From the NCBI GenBank assembly GCA_045636125.1, contig JAZTWX010000001.1, positions 294-64,293 on the forward strand: DNA of 64,000 nucleotides, given 5' to 3'. The position numbers and the translations under genes were made by a program. Positions within the stretch are counted from its first letter, which is position 1. Each line of letters begins with the position of its first letter. The notes under the pieces are model-generated. The model was not told where the DNA came from and did not search any database. It was given only the letters and a program-made list of their open reading frames with translations. The stretch comes from Bacteroidaceae bacterium. GTDB taxonomy: Bacteria > Bacteroidota > Bacteroidia > Bacteroidales > Bacteroidaceae. Positions 10,285 through 18,827 of this stretch are shown here, piece by piece.

Positions 10285-11160
10285 ATGGCAGCAAATAAAT
10301 ATGTATGTAAAGTGTGCGGATACACACACGAGGGCGACGCGGCACCCGCAGTTTGCCCCCTTTGTAAAGCCGCTGCATCGGAGTTCGAGCAGGTAGGCGG
10401 TGCAAAGAACGAGAAAAAGGCAAAGAAAGGTTTCAACACCGGCAGCGACTCTTATGCAATCATCTACGCATCGGTGGTAGTTGTAATCGTAGCTTTCCTT
10501 TTGGCCGGCGTTTCATCGTCACTCCGTCCCTTGCAGGAGGAGAACATCCGTCTCGACAAGAAAAAACAGATACTTTCGTCACTCAACATCAAGAACGTTG
10601 CCGACGCAGCAGCCGAGTACGACAAAGTAATCAAGAGCGACCTTATTATAGACAACGCAGGTGCGACAGTAAAGGAAAACGGTGGCTTCGATGTTGCCAA
10701 CGATGCAATCAACGACAGTAACCTCCCCCTCTACGTAGCCGAAATTGAAGGTGAGAAAAAATACGTTATCCCTATGACAGGTAACGGCCTCTGGGGCGGT
10801 ATCTGGGGTTATGTAGCTGTTAACAGCGACGGTAACACCATCTACGGAACCTATTTCTCACACGCCAGCGAGACCCCCGGTCTTGGTGCCGAAATTGCCA
10901 GTGATAAGTTCCAGAGCCGTTTCCCCGGCAAGAGCATCATTGCCGACGGCGCAGTGGCACTCGGTGTAACAAAGAAGGTGGCAAACGAGGACAGCGAGGT
11001 TAACGCAATCTCAGGCGCAACCATCACCTGTAACGGTGTGAACGATATGTTGCAGAACACAATGAACAGCTACAAGGCCTATCTCGTAGCATTGCAACAG
11101 CCCGCAACACCCATTGTAGAACAAGAGCCTGTTCAGGAGGCAGTAACAGAGGAAAAATAA
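10285..11160 (+). CDS. nqrC: Na+-NQR subunit C with an N-terminal rubredoxin-like CxxC-x12-CxxC extension
   Basis: 291 aa. It has one TM helix (AIIYASVVVVIVAFLLAGV), an FMN_bind-type periplasmic domain and an SGAT flavinylation site (NAISGATITC). The extra N-terminus is MAANKYVCKVCGYTHEGDAAPAVCPLCK. Confidence 0.88.
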   Translation: MAANKYVCKVCGYTHEGDAAPAVCPLCKAAASEFEQVGGAKNEKKAKKGFNTGSDSYAIIYASVVVVIVAFLLAGVSSSLRPLQEENIRLDKKKQILSSLNIKNVADAAAEYDKVIKSDLIIDNAGATVKENGGFDVANDAINDSNLPLYVAEIEGEKKYVIPMTGNGLWGGIWGYVAVNSDGNTIYGTYFSHASETPGLGAEIASDKFQSRFPGKSIIADGAVALGVTKKVANEDSEVNAISGATITCNGVNDMLQNTMNSYKAYLVALQQPATPIVEQEPVQEAVTEEK

Positions 11161-11162
11161 CT

Positions 11163-11789
11163 ATGGGACTATTTTCAAAGAAAAACATTGAGGCGCTTCA
11201 AACGCCCCTCTTAAAGGAGAACCCTGTAACCATCCAGGTGCTCGGTATCTGTTCGGCACTTGCTGTTACAAGCAAATTGGCTCCTGCAATTGTAATGGGC
11301 CTTTCTGTAACAATCATTGTTGCTATGGCCAACGTTATCATTTCACTCATCCGTAACACCATCCCCAGCCGCATCCGCATCATCATTCAGCTTGTGGTAG
11401 TAGCTGCGCTTGTAACCCTTGTGAGCGAGGTGCTCAAGGCCTTTGCCTACGATGTAAGTGTTCAGCTCTCGGTATACGTGGGACTCATCATCACCAACTG
11501 TATCCTCATGGGACGTTTGGAGGCCTTTGCAATGCAGAACAAGCCCTGGCCCTCGTTCCTCGACGGTATCGGTAACGGTCTCGGTTACGCAATGATTCTT
11601 ATTATGGTTGCCATCGTGCGCGAGATATTCGGTTCGGGTACATTGCTCGATATCCCCGTAATACCCCAATGCGCTTACGAGGCAGGATACATTAACAACG
11701 GTCTTATGCTCATGGCACCTATGGCATTCTTCCTCATTGCCATCATCATCTGGGTTCAGAGAGCAAAAGACAAGAGTTTGCAAGAATAA
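11163..11789 (+). CDS. nqrD: Na+-NQR subunit D
   Basis: 208 aa and polytopic. NPVTIQVLGICSALAVTSKL is an NqrD/RnfE signature. Confidence 0.92.
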   Translation: MGLFSKKNIEALQTPLLKENPVTIQVLGICSALAVTSKLAPAIVMGLSVTIIVAMANVIISLIRNTIPSRIRIIIQLVVVAALVTLVSEVLKAFAYDVSVQLSVYVGLIITNCILMGRLEAFAMQNKPWPSFLDGIGNGLGYAMILIMVAIVREIFGSGTLLDIPVIPQCAYEAGYINNGLMLMAPMAFFLIAIIIWVQRAKDKSLQE

Positions 11790-11814
11790 TAATTTAGATA
11801 CAGAAGAATAGATT

Positions 11815-12441
11815 ATGGAACATTTTTTTAGTTTGATTGTCCGTTCGATATTCGTGGACAATATGGTATTTGCCTTCTTCTTGGGTATGTGTTCATATTT
11901 GGCTGTATCTAAGAGCGTGAAGACAGCTATCGGCCTCGGTGTAGCCGTTATATTTGTGCAGACTATCACCCTCCCCGTGAACTACCTGTTGCAGACAAAA
12001 GTACTTGCCAACGGTGCAATTCTCGAGGGCGTCGATTTGAGCTTCCTTGCATTCATCCTCTTCATTGCCGTTATTGCAGGTATTGTGCAGTTGGTCGAAA
12101 TGATTGTGGAGCGCTTTGCCCCCGCGTTGTACAGCCAGCTCGGTATCTTCCTTCCCCTTATCGCTGTAAACTGTGCCATCATGGGTGGTTCACTCTTTAT
12201 GCAGCAGCGCATCGGTATGGAAGCCAACAACCCCCAGGCAATTCTCAATTTCTGGGATTCGGTAGCCTTTGCAATCGGTTCGGGCTTTGGCTGGATGGTA
12301 GCAATTGTGCTCTTTGCAGCCGTTCGTGAGAAAATGGAGTACTGCAACATCCCCAAACCCTTGCGTGGCCTTGGTATTGCTTTCATCACCGTGGGTCTCA
12401 TGGCTATGGCGTTTATGTGCTTCTCGGGTATTAAAATGTAA
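11815..12441 (+). CDS. nqrE: Na+-NQR subunit E
   Basis: 208 aa and polytopic. [21 protein letters not shown] and [12 protein letters not shown] are NqrE/RnfA signatures. Confidence 0.92.
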   Translation: MEHFFSLIVRSIFVDNMVFAFFLGMCSYLAVSKSVKTAIGLGVAVIFVQTITLPVNYLLQTKVLANGAILEGVDLSFLAFILFIAVIAGIVQLVEMIVERFAPALYSQLGIFLPLIAVNCAIMGGSLFMQQRIGMEANNPQAILNFWDSVAFAIGSGFGWMVAIVLFAAVREKMEYCNIPKPLRGLGIAFITVGLMAMAFMCFSGIKM

Positions 12442-12453
12442 TATTGAATAACT

Positions 12454-13722
12454 ATGGATATACAATTGGTATTAGCAAGTATAGCAGTATTCCTTGTAAT
12501 CATCCTTTTGTTGGTGATTATCCTGCTGGTGGCAAAAAAATATTTGTTGCCCTCGGGAAATGTCAAGGTTAAAATCAATGGCGAGAGCGAGGTTGAAGTT
12601 GCAGCCGGTGGCACCCTCCTGGGTACAATGGCCGAGAACGGCATTTTCCTCCCCTCGGCTTGTGGTGGTAAAGGTTCTTGCGGACAGTGTAAGGTACAGG
12701 TTCTTGAGGGCGGTGGCGAAATCCTCCCCTCCGAGACCGGTCACTTCTCACGCAAGGAGCAGCAGGCCCACTGGCGTCTGGGTTGCCAGGTTAAGGTCAA
12801 GAACGACCTTGCCATTAAGGTGCCCGAGTCGGTAATGGGTGTTAAAGAGTGGGAGTGCGAGGTTATCTCTAACAAGAACGTGGCAACCTTCATCAAAGAG
12901 TTCATCGTTGCGTTGCCTCCCGGTGAGCACATGGACTTTGTTCCCGGTTCTTATGCGCAGATTAAGATTCCTACATACGATATGACATACGACAAGGATA
13001 TCGACAAGAGCCTCATTGGCGACGAGTATCTTCCCGCTTGGGAGAAATTCGGTCTTCTCGGCCTCAAGTGCAAGAATACCGAAGAGACCATCCGCGCCTA
13101 CTCAATGGCCAACTATCCCGCCGAGGGCGACCGCATTATGCTCACCGTGCGCATTGCGACACCTCCCTTCAAGGCCGACCGTTCAGGCTTTATGGATGTA
13201 CCTTGCGGTATAGCATCATCGTACATCTTCACCCTTAAACCCGGTGACAAGGTTATAATGAGTGGCCCTTACGGCGATTTCCACCCCATTTTCGACTCAA
13301 AGAAAGAGATGATGTGGGTAGGTGGTGGTGCCGGTATGGCTCCCTTGCGTGCACAGATTATGCACATGACAAAGACCTTGAAGACAACCGACCGTACAAT
13401 GACCTACTTCTACGGTGCGCGTGCGCTTAACGAGGTGTTCTATTTGGAGGACTTCTTGCAGCTCGAAAAAGAGTTCCCCAACTTCACCTTCCACCTTGCG
13501 CTCGACCGTCCCGACCCCGCTGCCGATGCAGCCGGCGTAAAATACACTCCGGGCTTCGTACACCAGGTAATCTACGAGACATATTTGAAAGACCACGAGG
13601 CACCCGAGGATATCGAGTACTATATGTGTGGTCCCGGACCTATGTCAAAGGCAGTTGTAAATATGCTTGTTGACCTTGGCGTTGAGGAGAAATCAATTAT
13701 GTACGACAACTTCGGCGGATAA
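12454..13722 (+). CDS. nqrF: Na+-NQR subunit F (2Fe-2S ferredoxin + FAD/NADH domains)
   Basis: 422 aa. It has an N-terminal TM helix, CGGKGSCGQCKV 2Fe-2S ligands, a RAYSMAN FAD site and a GGGAGMAP NAD site. Confidence 0.94.
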   Translation: MDIQLVLASIAVFLVIILLLVIILLVAKKYLLPSGNVKVKINGESEVEVAAGGTLLGTMAENGIFLPSACGGKGSCGQCKVQVLEGGGEILPSETGHFSRKEQQAHWRLGCQVKVKNDLAIKVPESVMGVKEWECEVISNKNVATFIKEFIVALPPGEHMDFVPGSYAQIKIPTYDMTYDKDIDKSLIGDEYLPAWEKFGLLGLKCKNTEETIRAYSMANYPAEGDRIMLTVRIATPPFKADRSGFMDVPCGIASSYIFTLKPGDKVIMSGPYGDFHPIFDSKKEMMWVGGGAGMAPLRAQIMHMTKTLKTTDRTMTYFYGARALNEVFYLEDFLQLEKEFPNFTFHLALDRPDPAADAAGVKYTPGFVHQVIYETYLKDHEAPEDIEYYMCGPGPMSKAVVNMLVDLGVEEKSIMYDNFGG

Positions 13723-13749
13723 TCTGTTTCCTTCGAAATACAAAAGAAA

Positions 13750-13786
13750 GGGTGGGGCACGCAAAAAGCGTGCCCCACTTTTTTGT
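13750..13786 (+). terminator. rho-independent terminator after nqrF
   Basis: gtggggcacgc (13752-13762), loop aaaaa, gcgtgccccac (13768-13778), then TTTTTTG. Confidence 0.85.
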
Positions 13787-13831
13787 TTCCCCTCGCAAAA
13801 TAGCTATCTTCGCAGTGTAAACAAAGCAGCA

Positions 13832-14740
13832 ATGTTCCTTTCGATACTCATACCCACACATAACTACATCTGCGCCCCGCTGGTAGCCGCTCTAGTGGAG
13901 CAGGCGAGCCGCCTGCCCGCGCTGCAATACGAAATTATTGTAGCCGACGACGGTTCCACCCGTGCCGATGTTCTTGCCGCCAACCGCGCAATAAACTCAA
14001 TGCCGTGTGCCGAGTATTGGGAATTCGGGGAAAATGTAGGCCGTTCGGCGGCGCGCAACCGCCTTTTCAGCCGCAGCCGCGGTACCCACCTTCTCTTTTT
14101 GGATAGCGACGGCCTGCCCGCCTCTTCCGCTTTCCTTGGTAATTACCTTGCGGCGCTTGCGCAGCAGCCCACAGGCGTGCTCTGTGGTGGAATTGTGCAC
14201 CCCGCACAGCTCCCCTCGCCTGCAGTGTCGCTTCGCTGGCGTTACGAGAAAAAAACCGAACAGCGGCTCACACGTGAGTGGCGTAACGCTCACCCTTACA
14301 CCAATTTCCGCTCCTTCAATTTTTTAATAGACAGGGAGAGTTTCGCAGCCGTGCGTTTCGACGAAAAAATACGCCATTATGGCTTCGAGGACAACCTCTT
14401 CGGCAATGAATTGCGTCGCCGTGGTGTGCCCGTGTTGCACGTGGATAACCCTATGCTGAATGTCGATATAGAGCCCAATGCCCTTTATGTGAAAAAGAAC
14501 GAAGAGGCGCTGCGCACCCTTGCCGCCCACTATGAGGCGCTTGCCCCGCTTGTGCGCATTTCGGGCTTTGTCAATAGGGTTGAGCGCTTGCGTTTGGGGT
14601 GGCTTTTGTCGTTTGTTTACAGCGTTTTACGCCCGCTGTTGCTGCGTAATTTGTGTGGCTCGCGCCCTTCTGTTTCTTTGCTTAATTTTTACAAGGCCGG
14701 CTATTTGCGTTCGTTGCTTGTTGCTCGCAAGCAAGGGTGA
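13832..14740 (+). CDS. family 2 glycosyltransferase
   Basis: MFLSILIPTHNY...EIIVADDGS...LFLDSDG is a GT-A fold with DxD. ATG 13832 is chosen because the track's upstream extension crosses the nqrF terminator. Confidence 0.8.
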   Translation: MFLSILIPTHNYICAPLVAALVEQASRLPALQYEIIVADDGSTRADVLAANRAINSMPCAEYWEFGENVGRSAARNRLFSRSRGTHLLFLDSDGLPASSAFLGNYLAALAQQPTGVLCGGIVHPAQLPSPAVSLRWRYEKKTEQRLTREWRNAHPYTNFRSFNFLIDRESFAAVRFDEKIRHYGFEDNLFGNELRRRGVPVLHVDNPMLNVDIEPNALYVKKNEEALRTLAAHYEALAPLVRISGFVNRVERLRLGWLLSFVYSVLRPLLLRNLCGSRPSVSLLNFYKAGYLRSLLVARKQG

Positions 14741-14780
14741 GGGTAGTGTTTTGTTTCATGGTGGCGTGGGAGCTGCTTAC

Positions 14781-15125
14781 TATAAAGTTCTCGGTGTTAT
14801 TTTGCGGCTATTCTCTCAATTAAGTATTCTTTTTGTTCTTCTTTCTGTGCGACAGAAAGAAGCAAAGAGCTCGGCACAGAATTCGCGATTCAAACAAAGC
14901 TTTGCGTTCCGGTCGCTTTGTTTTCGCCGTTGTTGTCTTTACGCGGCAAATTCGGGAACGGGGCAACTCGCTGTACACGTTTACCGTGCAACGCTGCTTT
15001 CCCAACGCTCAAACATTCCCCGTTCTTTTTCCTCGTTTGTCGCTAACAACAACTCACGCTCATACAGTGCCGTTTTTAGGGGATTACTCTTGCTGTGGTT
15101 TTCCATTGCAATAGTGATTTCTTAA
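14781..15125 (+). repeat. tandem direct repeat, copy 1 (candidate structured ncRNA module)
   Basis: Aligns by eye with 15199-15541. An 81-nt block, 14881-14961, is identical to 15298-15378. It contains hairpin 14838-14848/14852-14862 and nested long-range pairings. Confidence 0.9.
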
Positions 15126-15198
15126 CTCCGCCACTCTGTTTACAGAGGGGAGGTGTCACAAACGTAGTGCTGTGACGGAGGGGAGTGAATGTACATTC

Positions 15199-15541
15199 TA
15201 TAAACTCCTCGGTGCTATTTTGCGGCTATTCTCTCAATTAATTGAGTTTCTTTTATGTTCTTTCGTCACGCGAAAGAACCAAAGCGCCGGCACAGAGATT
15301 CGCGATTCAAACAAAGCTTTGCGTTCCGGTCGCTTTGTTTTCGCCGTTGTTGTCTTTACGCGGCAAATTCGGGAACGGAGCAACTCGCTGTGCACGTTTA
15401 CCGTGCAACGCTGCTTTCCCAACGCTCAAACAAGCTCCGTTCTTTTTCCTCGTTTGCCGCTAACAACAACTCACGCTCATACAGTGCCGTTTTTAGGAGA
15501 TTACTCCCGCTGTGATTAACCATTGCAAGAGTAATTTTTTA
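15199..15541 (+). repeat. tandem direct repeat, copy 2 (candidate structured ncRNA module)
   Basis: Second copy, offset 417-418 nt. It ends with hairpin 15500-15510/15525-15535 followed by TTTTTT. Confidence 0.9.
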
Positions 15542-15736
15542 ATCCGGCACCGTTAAAAATTGAATGAGACACCGAGAAATTAAAGCGCGCATTTATTAAA
15601 AGATTCAATGCTTATCGCTAAAATATGAAGGCAAATTCGTAAAAACATAATTGGGGCACCAGCTATATATTTTACCCCTCAACTTTTGGAGTTGATCCCA
15701 GAATTTTACGTTGGTCCTATTGAACCCCGTAGAGTG

Positions 15737-15769
15737 AAAAAAAAGAAAAGGAGCTTCATTTGAAGCTCC
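15737..15769 (-). terminator. rho-independent terminator downstream of tRNA-Arg
   Basis: On the minus strand: ggagcttca-aa-tgaagctcc (15750-15769), followed by CTTTTCTTTTTTTT. Confidence 0.8.
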
Positions 15770-15772
15770 TTG

Positions 15773-15846
15773 TGATCCCGACAGGATTCAAACCTGTAAC
15801 CTTCTGATCCGTAGTCAGATGCTCTATTCAGTTGAGCTACGAGACC
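15773..15846 (-). tRNA. tRNA-Arg (anticodon ACG)
   Basis: The reverse complement GGTCTCGTAGCTCAACTGAATAGAGCATCTGACTACGGATCAGAAGGTTACAGGTTTGAATCCTGTCGGGATCA folds as a cloverleaf. The anticodon loop is CT-ACG-GA and a TPsiC-like GGTTTGAATCC is present. Confidence 0.92.
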
Positions 15847-15865
15847 GTGTCGTTTTTTGACATTG

Positions 15866-15873
15866 CAAAAGTA
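15866..15873 (-). promoter_or_regulatory. TAnnTTTG -7 motif upstream of tRNA-Arg
   Basis: Minus-strand TACTTTTG lies about 20 nt upstream of the mature tRNA 5' end. Confidence 0.5.
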
Positions 15874-15930
15874 CTACAATTATTTTAACCTGCAAAACAT
15901 TTAGAACTTTTTTTTCAAAAAAATATCATT

Positions 15931-18213
15931 TTAATCGAAAAATCTCTCATTAAACATAAACCAACCCAGTCTGAGGCCAACATTTATGCCGTTTGTGTGC
16001 GCTCCGTAGTAGTTTACAAAGCCGCTGATGCTAACTGTAGATATATTGCCCACGACATTAAGCTCGGTGAAATATTCCATTGTACTGAATTTTTTCTTGT
16101 TGTAATAGGCGGTTCCGTCGGGGTTTTCTTCTATTTTGCGGTAGGGCGAGAACACATAGATACTTGGGCGCAGCTGTATGAAGCCGCTCAGTCTTATAAT
16201 AGGTATAATGCCTGCGCCCACAAATTTATTGGAACGGAAACGCGGGTCGTAATTGAAAAGGCTGTTCATTGTGGGTGCAAAGACACCGGCCTGCATCATT
16301 GTTGCCTGATAGGTGTTGGAAAGCCCACGGGTGGAGTAGTAGGCCTGTATGTATGTTCCAAGCGAGAAGTGGCGCGACATTTTGAAAATGTCGTTACGCA
16401 CATAGTTTATTTGCAACCACGACTTTTTCTCCTCTTTCTTTACGCCCATTTCGCTGCTCTTGAAAATTTCTTTGCCCGTGTAACATTGTGTGGAGAGCAT
16501 TTCGTATGAGCCCTCTGTGGGGAAGGCCATGTGGTCGAGTGTGTTGCCCTTGAGGTTTACAAACATCCCGAAGGCTCTTGTCTTGTTCTTGTCGAAACGT
16601 GGGTTGTCGAGGTCGAGTATGCTGGTGGGCATATATTCGTCGGTAATTTCGGCTGCTCCTATTCCAATTTCGGTTTTTTTGCGCATTAGGAACGGGAGTG
16701 ATATTTTGATTTTTGCAAATGCCTCGCGTTCGTGGTTAAGGGCGATTGAATTCTCTTGCGAGAAGAGGTATTTCATGTTGTAATAGTCGATGGTGGAATA
16801 GGAGACTATGAACTTGAACGACACGGGGAGGCGGCTCGAAAAGTCGGTGCGGTTACTCAATTGTATATTGTTGTAGACCTTTCCGAGCTGTCCGTCGAGC
16901 ATATACTCTTTTGAGAAACGGTTCATATTGCGGTAATGCACGCCGAAGTATATCTGGTTCGATATTTTTGTTGAAACGCTACCGCCTATCTTCAGGTTGA
17001 TGGCAGGGTTGAGTTCAGCGTCGAGGTGCAGGGTGTAGAGGCTGTCGGCTTCGTTGTACACTGCGTGGGGGAGGAGCGATGCGACACTATTTCCCGAAAG
17101 CACACGGAAATAGGCTTTCTTGCAATCGTTGTAGGAAAAAATCTCGTCGTTCAATTGGAATTCTCTTTTTACGGCAAGCGCCTGGTCGGCGTTAAGGCCG
17201 TTTACCACCACTTTGTTGAAACGAAGAGCAGGCTTCTTGGCGTTGAATTCGAGGCGTTTCGCGGCAAGGGCGGCACGGCTTTGCCTGCGTTGCACGCGTT
17301 GCTTAACCGAGTCTATAAGTTCGTATGTGCGGCGGTAACCTATCTCTACAACCTTGTCAAGCTTGTGAAAATCGAGCAGAAGCACATCTTTTATGTCCAT
17401 GTCGAGCAGAATGCCATCCTCGGCCGGCAGGCTGTAGTCGCTCTTGTTCATAATTAGGTTTTTCACTTGGCTCTTAAGGTCGTCTTCGGCAGGGATGGGG
17501 GCGTTCTCGCTTACCACGCTGCCGAATATGAAGTCGGGCGCAAAGTCGTTCTGCATTACATCGCGCGGAAAATTGTTGTATATTCCACCGTCGTAGAGCA
17601 GTATGCTGTCTTTTTTTATGGGCTTAAAAACGAAAGGGAAGGTCATTGATGCGCGCACAGCGTCACCCAAGTCTCCGTCGCGGAATATTATCTGCTTTTT
17701 GTTGTACACATCGGCCGCTACGCAGCGGAAGGGTACCATAAGATTGTCGAAATTTCCACGACAGGCTGCGGTGGACGATGAATATATCTCCAAGAATCCC
17801 ATATTCATCGGAGTGGGGTTTATTAGCTGGAGTGGGGGCTTGACAAGGCGTATGCTGTCCTTGATGTCTATGTGCAGGCTTACAAGCTCGGGAGCCTCGG
17901 CGTTTCGCTTGAAGTAGAACATATAGTTCTTGTCTATTGTACCGGTGTACCACCTTTGAAAATCGTCCGATGCTATTGAGGCTAGCATCTCGTCGGGGGT
18001 ATATCCCATTGCGTAGAGCGCAGCAACAATTGCTCCCATTGATGTTCCGGCAACGTAGTCAATGGGAATTTCATTCTCTTCGAGTGCTTTTATTACGCCA
18101 ATGTGGGCAATGCCTCTTGCGCCGCCGCCGCTCATAACAAGCCCCACCTTCTGCGCAAAAAGCAGCGAGGGGAGAAGCATTATGGCTGTAATTAAAGTTG
18201 CTATTCTTTTCAT
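15931..18213 (-). CDS. patatin-like phospholipase fused to a C-terminal Omp85/BamA-type beta-barrel region
   Basis: 760 aa with a signal peptide. Patatin motifs GLVMSGGGARG (oxyanion), GTSMGA (GxSxG) and YDGGIYNNFP (Asp) are present. The C-terminal about 400 aa is rich in alternating beta-strand pattern. Confidence 0.85.
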   Translation of the reverse strand: MKRIATLITAIMLLPSLLFAQKVGLVMSGGGARGIAHIGVIKALEENEIPIDYVAGTSMGAIVAALYAMGYTPDEMLASIASDDFQRWYTGTIDKNYMFYFKRNAEAPELVSLHIDIKDSIRLVKPPLQLINPTPMNMGFLEIYSSSTAACRGNFDNLMVPFRCVAADVYNKKQIIFRDGDLGDAVRASMTFPFVFKPIKKDSILLYDGGIYNNFPRDVMQNDFAPDFIFGSVVSENAPIPAEDDLKSQVKNLIMNKSDYSLPAEDGILLDMDIKDVLLLDFHKLDKVVEIGYRRTYELIDSVKQRVQRRQSRAALAAKRLEFNAKKPALRFNKVVVNGLNADQALAVKREFQLNDEIFSYNDCKKAYFRVLSGNSVASLLPHAVYNEADSLYTLHLDAELNPAINLKIGGSVSTKISNQIYFGVHYRNMNRFSKEYMLDGQLGKVYNNIQLSNRTDFSSRLPVSFKFIVSYSTIDYYNMKYLFSQENSIALNHEREAFAKIKISLPFLMRKKTEIGIGAAEITDEYMPTSILDLDNPRFDKNKTRAFGMFVNLKGNTLDHMAFPTEGSYEMLSTQCYTGKEIFKSSEMGVKKEEKKSWLQINYVRNDIFKMSRHFSLGTYIQAYYSTRGLSNTYQATMMQAGVFAPTMNSLFNYDPRFRSNKFVGAGIIPIIRLSGFIQLRPSIYVFSPYRKIEENPDGTAYYNKKKFSTMEYFTELNVVGNISTVSISGFVNYYGAHTNGINVGLRLGWFMFNERFFD

Positions 18214-18250
18214 TGTTGCTGTTTATGTTGTGAGTTGCAAACAAACAATG

Positions 18251-18258
18251 CAAATATA
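18251..18258 (-). promoter_or_regulatory. TAnnTTTG -7 motif upstream of the patatin gene
   Basis: Minus-strand TATATTTG lies about 38 nt upstream of the ATG at 18213. Confidence 0.4.
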
Positions 18259-18342
18259 GAGTTTATTTTTGGTAAAAAATACTACTATTTGGTGGATTTA
18301 GTTTCCAAAATTGCTTTTTCTCTGTTTTTCTTTCATAGGGGC

Positions 18343-18382
18343 ATAAAAAACAGCAAGGATGGAAGCCACGCTTCCATCCTTG
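18343..18382 (-). terminator. rho-independent terminator after the wHTH gene
   Basis: caaggatggaagc (18354-18366) pairs with gcttccatccttg (18370-18382). On the minus strand it is followed by CTGTTTTTTAT. Confidence 0.8.
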
Positions 18383-18402
18383 TATGTGTGTTGGGAGTGG
18401 GA

Positions 18403-18606
18403 TTACTTCAAAGCGAAGATTTCGTCCTCACCTGCGATGCAAGAGAAAATCTTGTCCTCGCGGAGCAACCAACCAAGGCCGAGGTAGAGCTCTTTCTCTT
18501 TGAGCTTAGTCTTTGTTTTGATCTCTTTCAAAGTCAAACCCTCTGTCTCGTTGAGAGCTGTCCAAATGCGTCCAGCGAATTCGCCAGCCTGTTCTGTAAT
18601 CATCAT
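18403..18606 (-). CDS. small winged-helix protein (DUF2582-like)
   Basis: 67 aa. AGEFAGRIWTALNETEGLTLKEIKTKTKLKEKELYLGLGWLLREDKI resembles the DUF2582 wHTH family. It has its own promoter motif and terminator. Confidence 0.6.
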   Translation of the reverse strand: MMITEQAGEFAGRIWTALNETEGLTLKEIKTKTKLKEKELYLGLGWLLREDKIFSCIAGEDEIFALK

Positions 18607-18671
18607 AATAGTATCTATTTTTTTAGTTAATAATCGTCAGCCTTTTTTAGTGGCTCTGTAAAAATCGGGTG

Positions 18672-18679
18672 CAAAGGTA
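18672..18679 (-). promoter_or_regulatory. TAnnTTTG -7 motif upstream of the wHTH gene
   Basis: Minus-strand TACCTTTG lies about 66 nt upstream of the ATG at 18606. Confidence 0.4.
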
Positions 18680-18827
18680 TGTTTTTTTTTCTTTCTAACA
18701 AAATGGAATATTGTGATTTTCAACAATTTTAATAAAAAATATTGTTTTTATCCCTTTGCGTCGCCTGTTTTTGTTGCCAACGGGCTGTTTTTGCTATAAA
18801 CAGAGGAACTATTTGCGTGAAAATCCG

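Noticed and set aside
14520-15519. Several overlapping ORFs (for example 14520-15125, 14833-15114, 15172-15519, 15255-15515, and minus-strand 14820-15005 and 15234-15422) inside the tandem repeat.
   Set aside because: Three or more frames on both strands are open at once. The peptides are Arg/Cys/Phe-rich nonsense with no family resemblance. The differences between the two copies preserve base pairing. The region is treated as non-coding.
14781-15541. The possibility that the tandem repeat is a CRISPR array.
   Set aside because: There are only two units of about 345 nt with a ~70-nt spacer, no 25-40-nt repeat/spacer periodicity, and no cas genes in the window.
15690-15720. gttgatcccagaatttt resembles the 3' end of the adjacent tRNA-Arg (tgatcccgacagg), hinting at an att-site duplicate from an integrated element.
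   Set aside because: Only 7 contiguous nucleotides match, no integrase or other mobile gene is nearby, and the match is compatible with chance.
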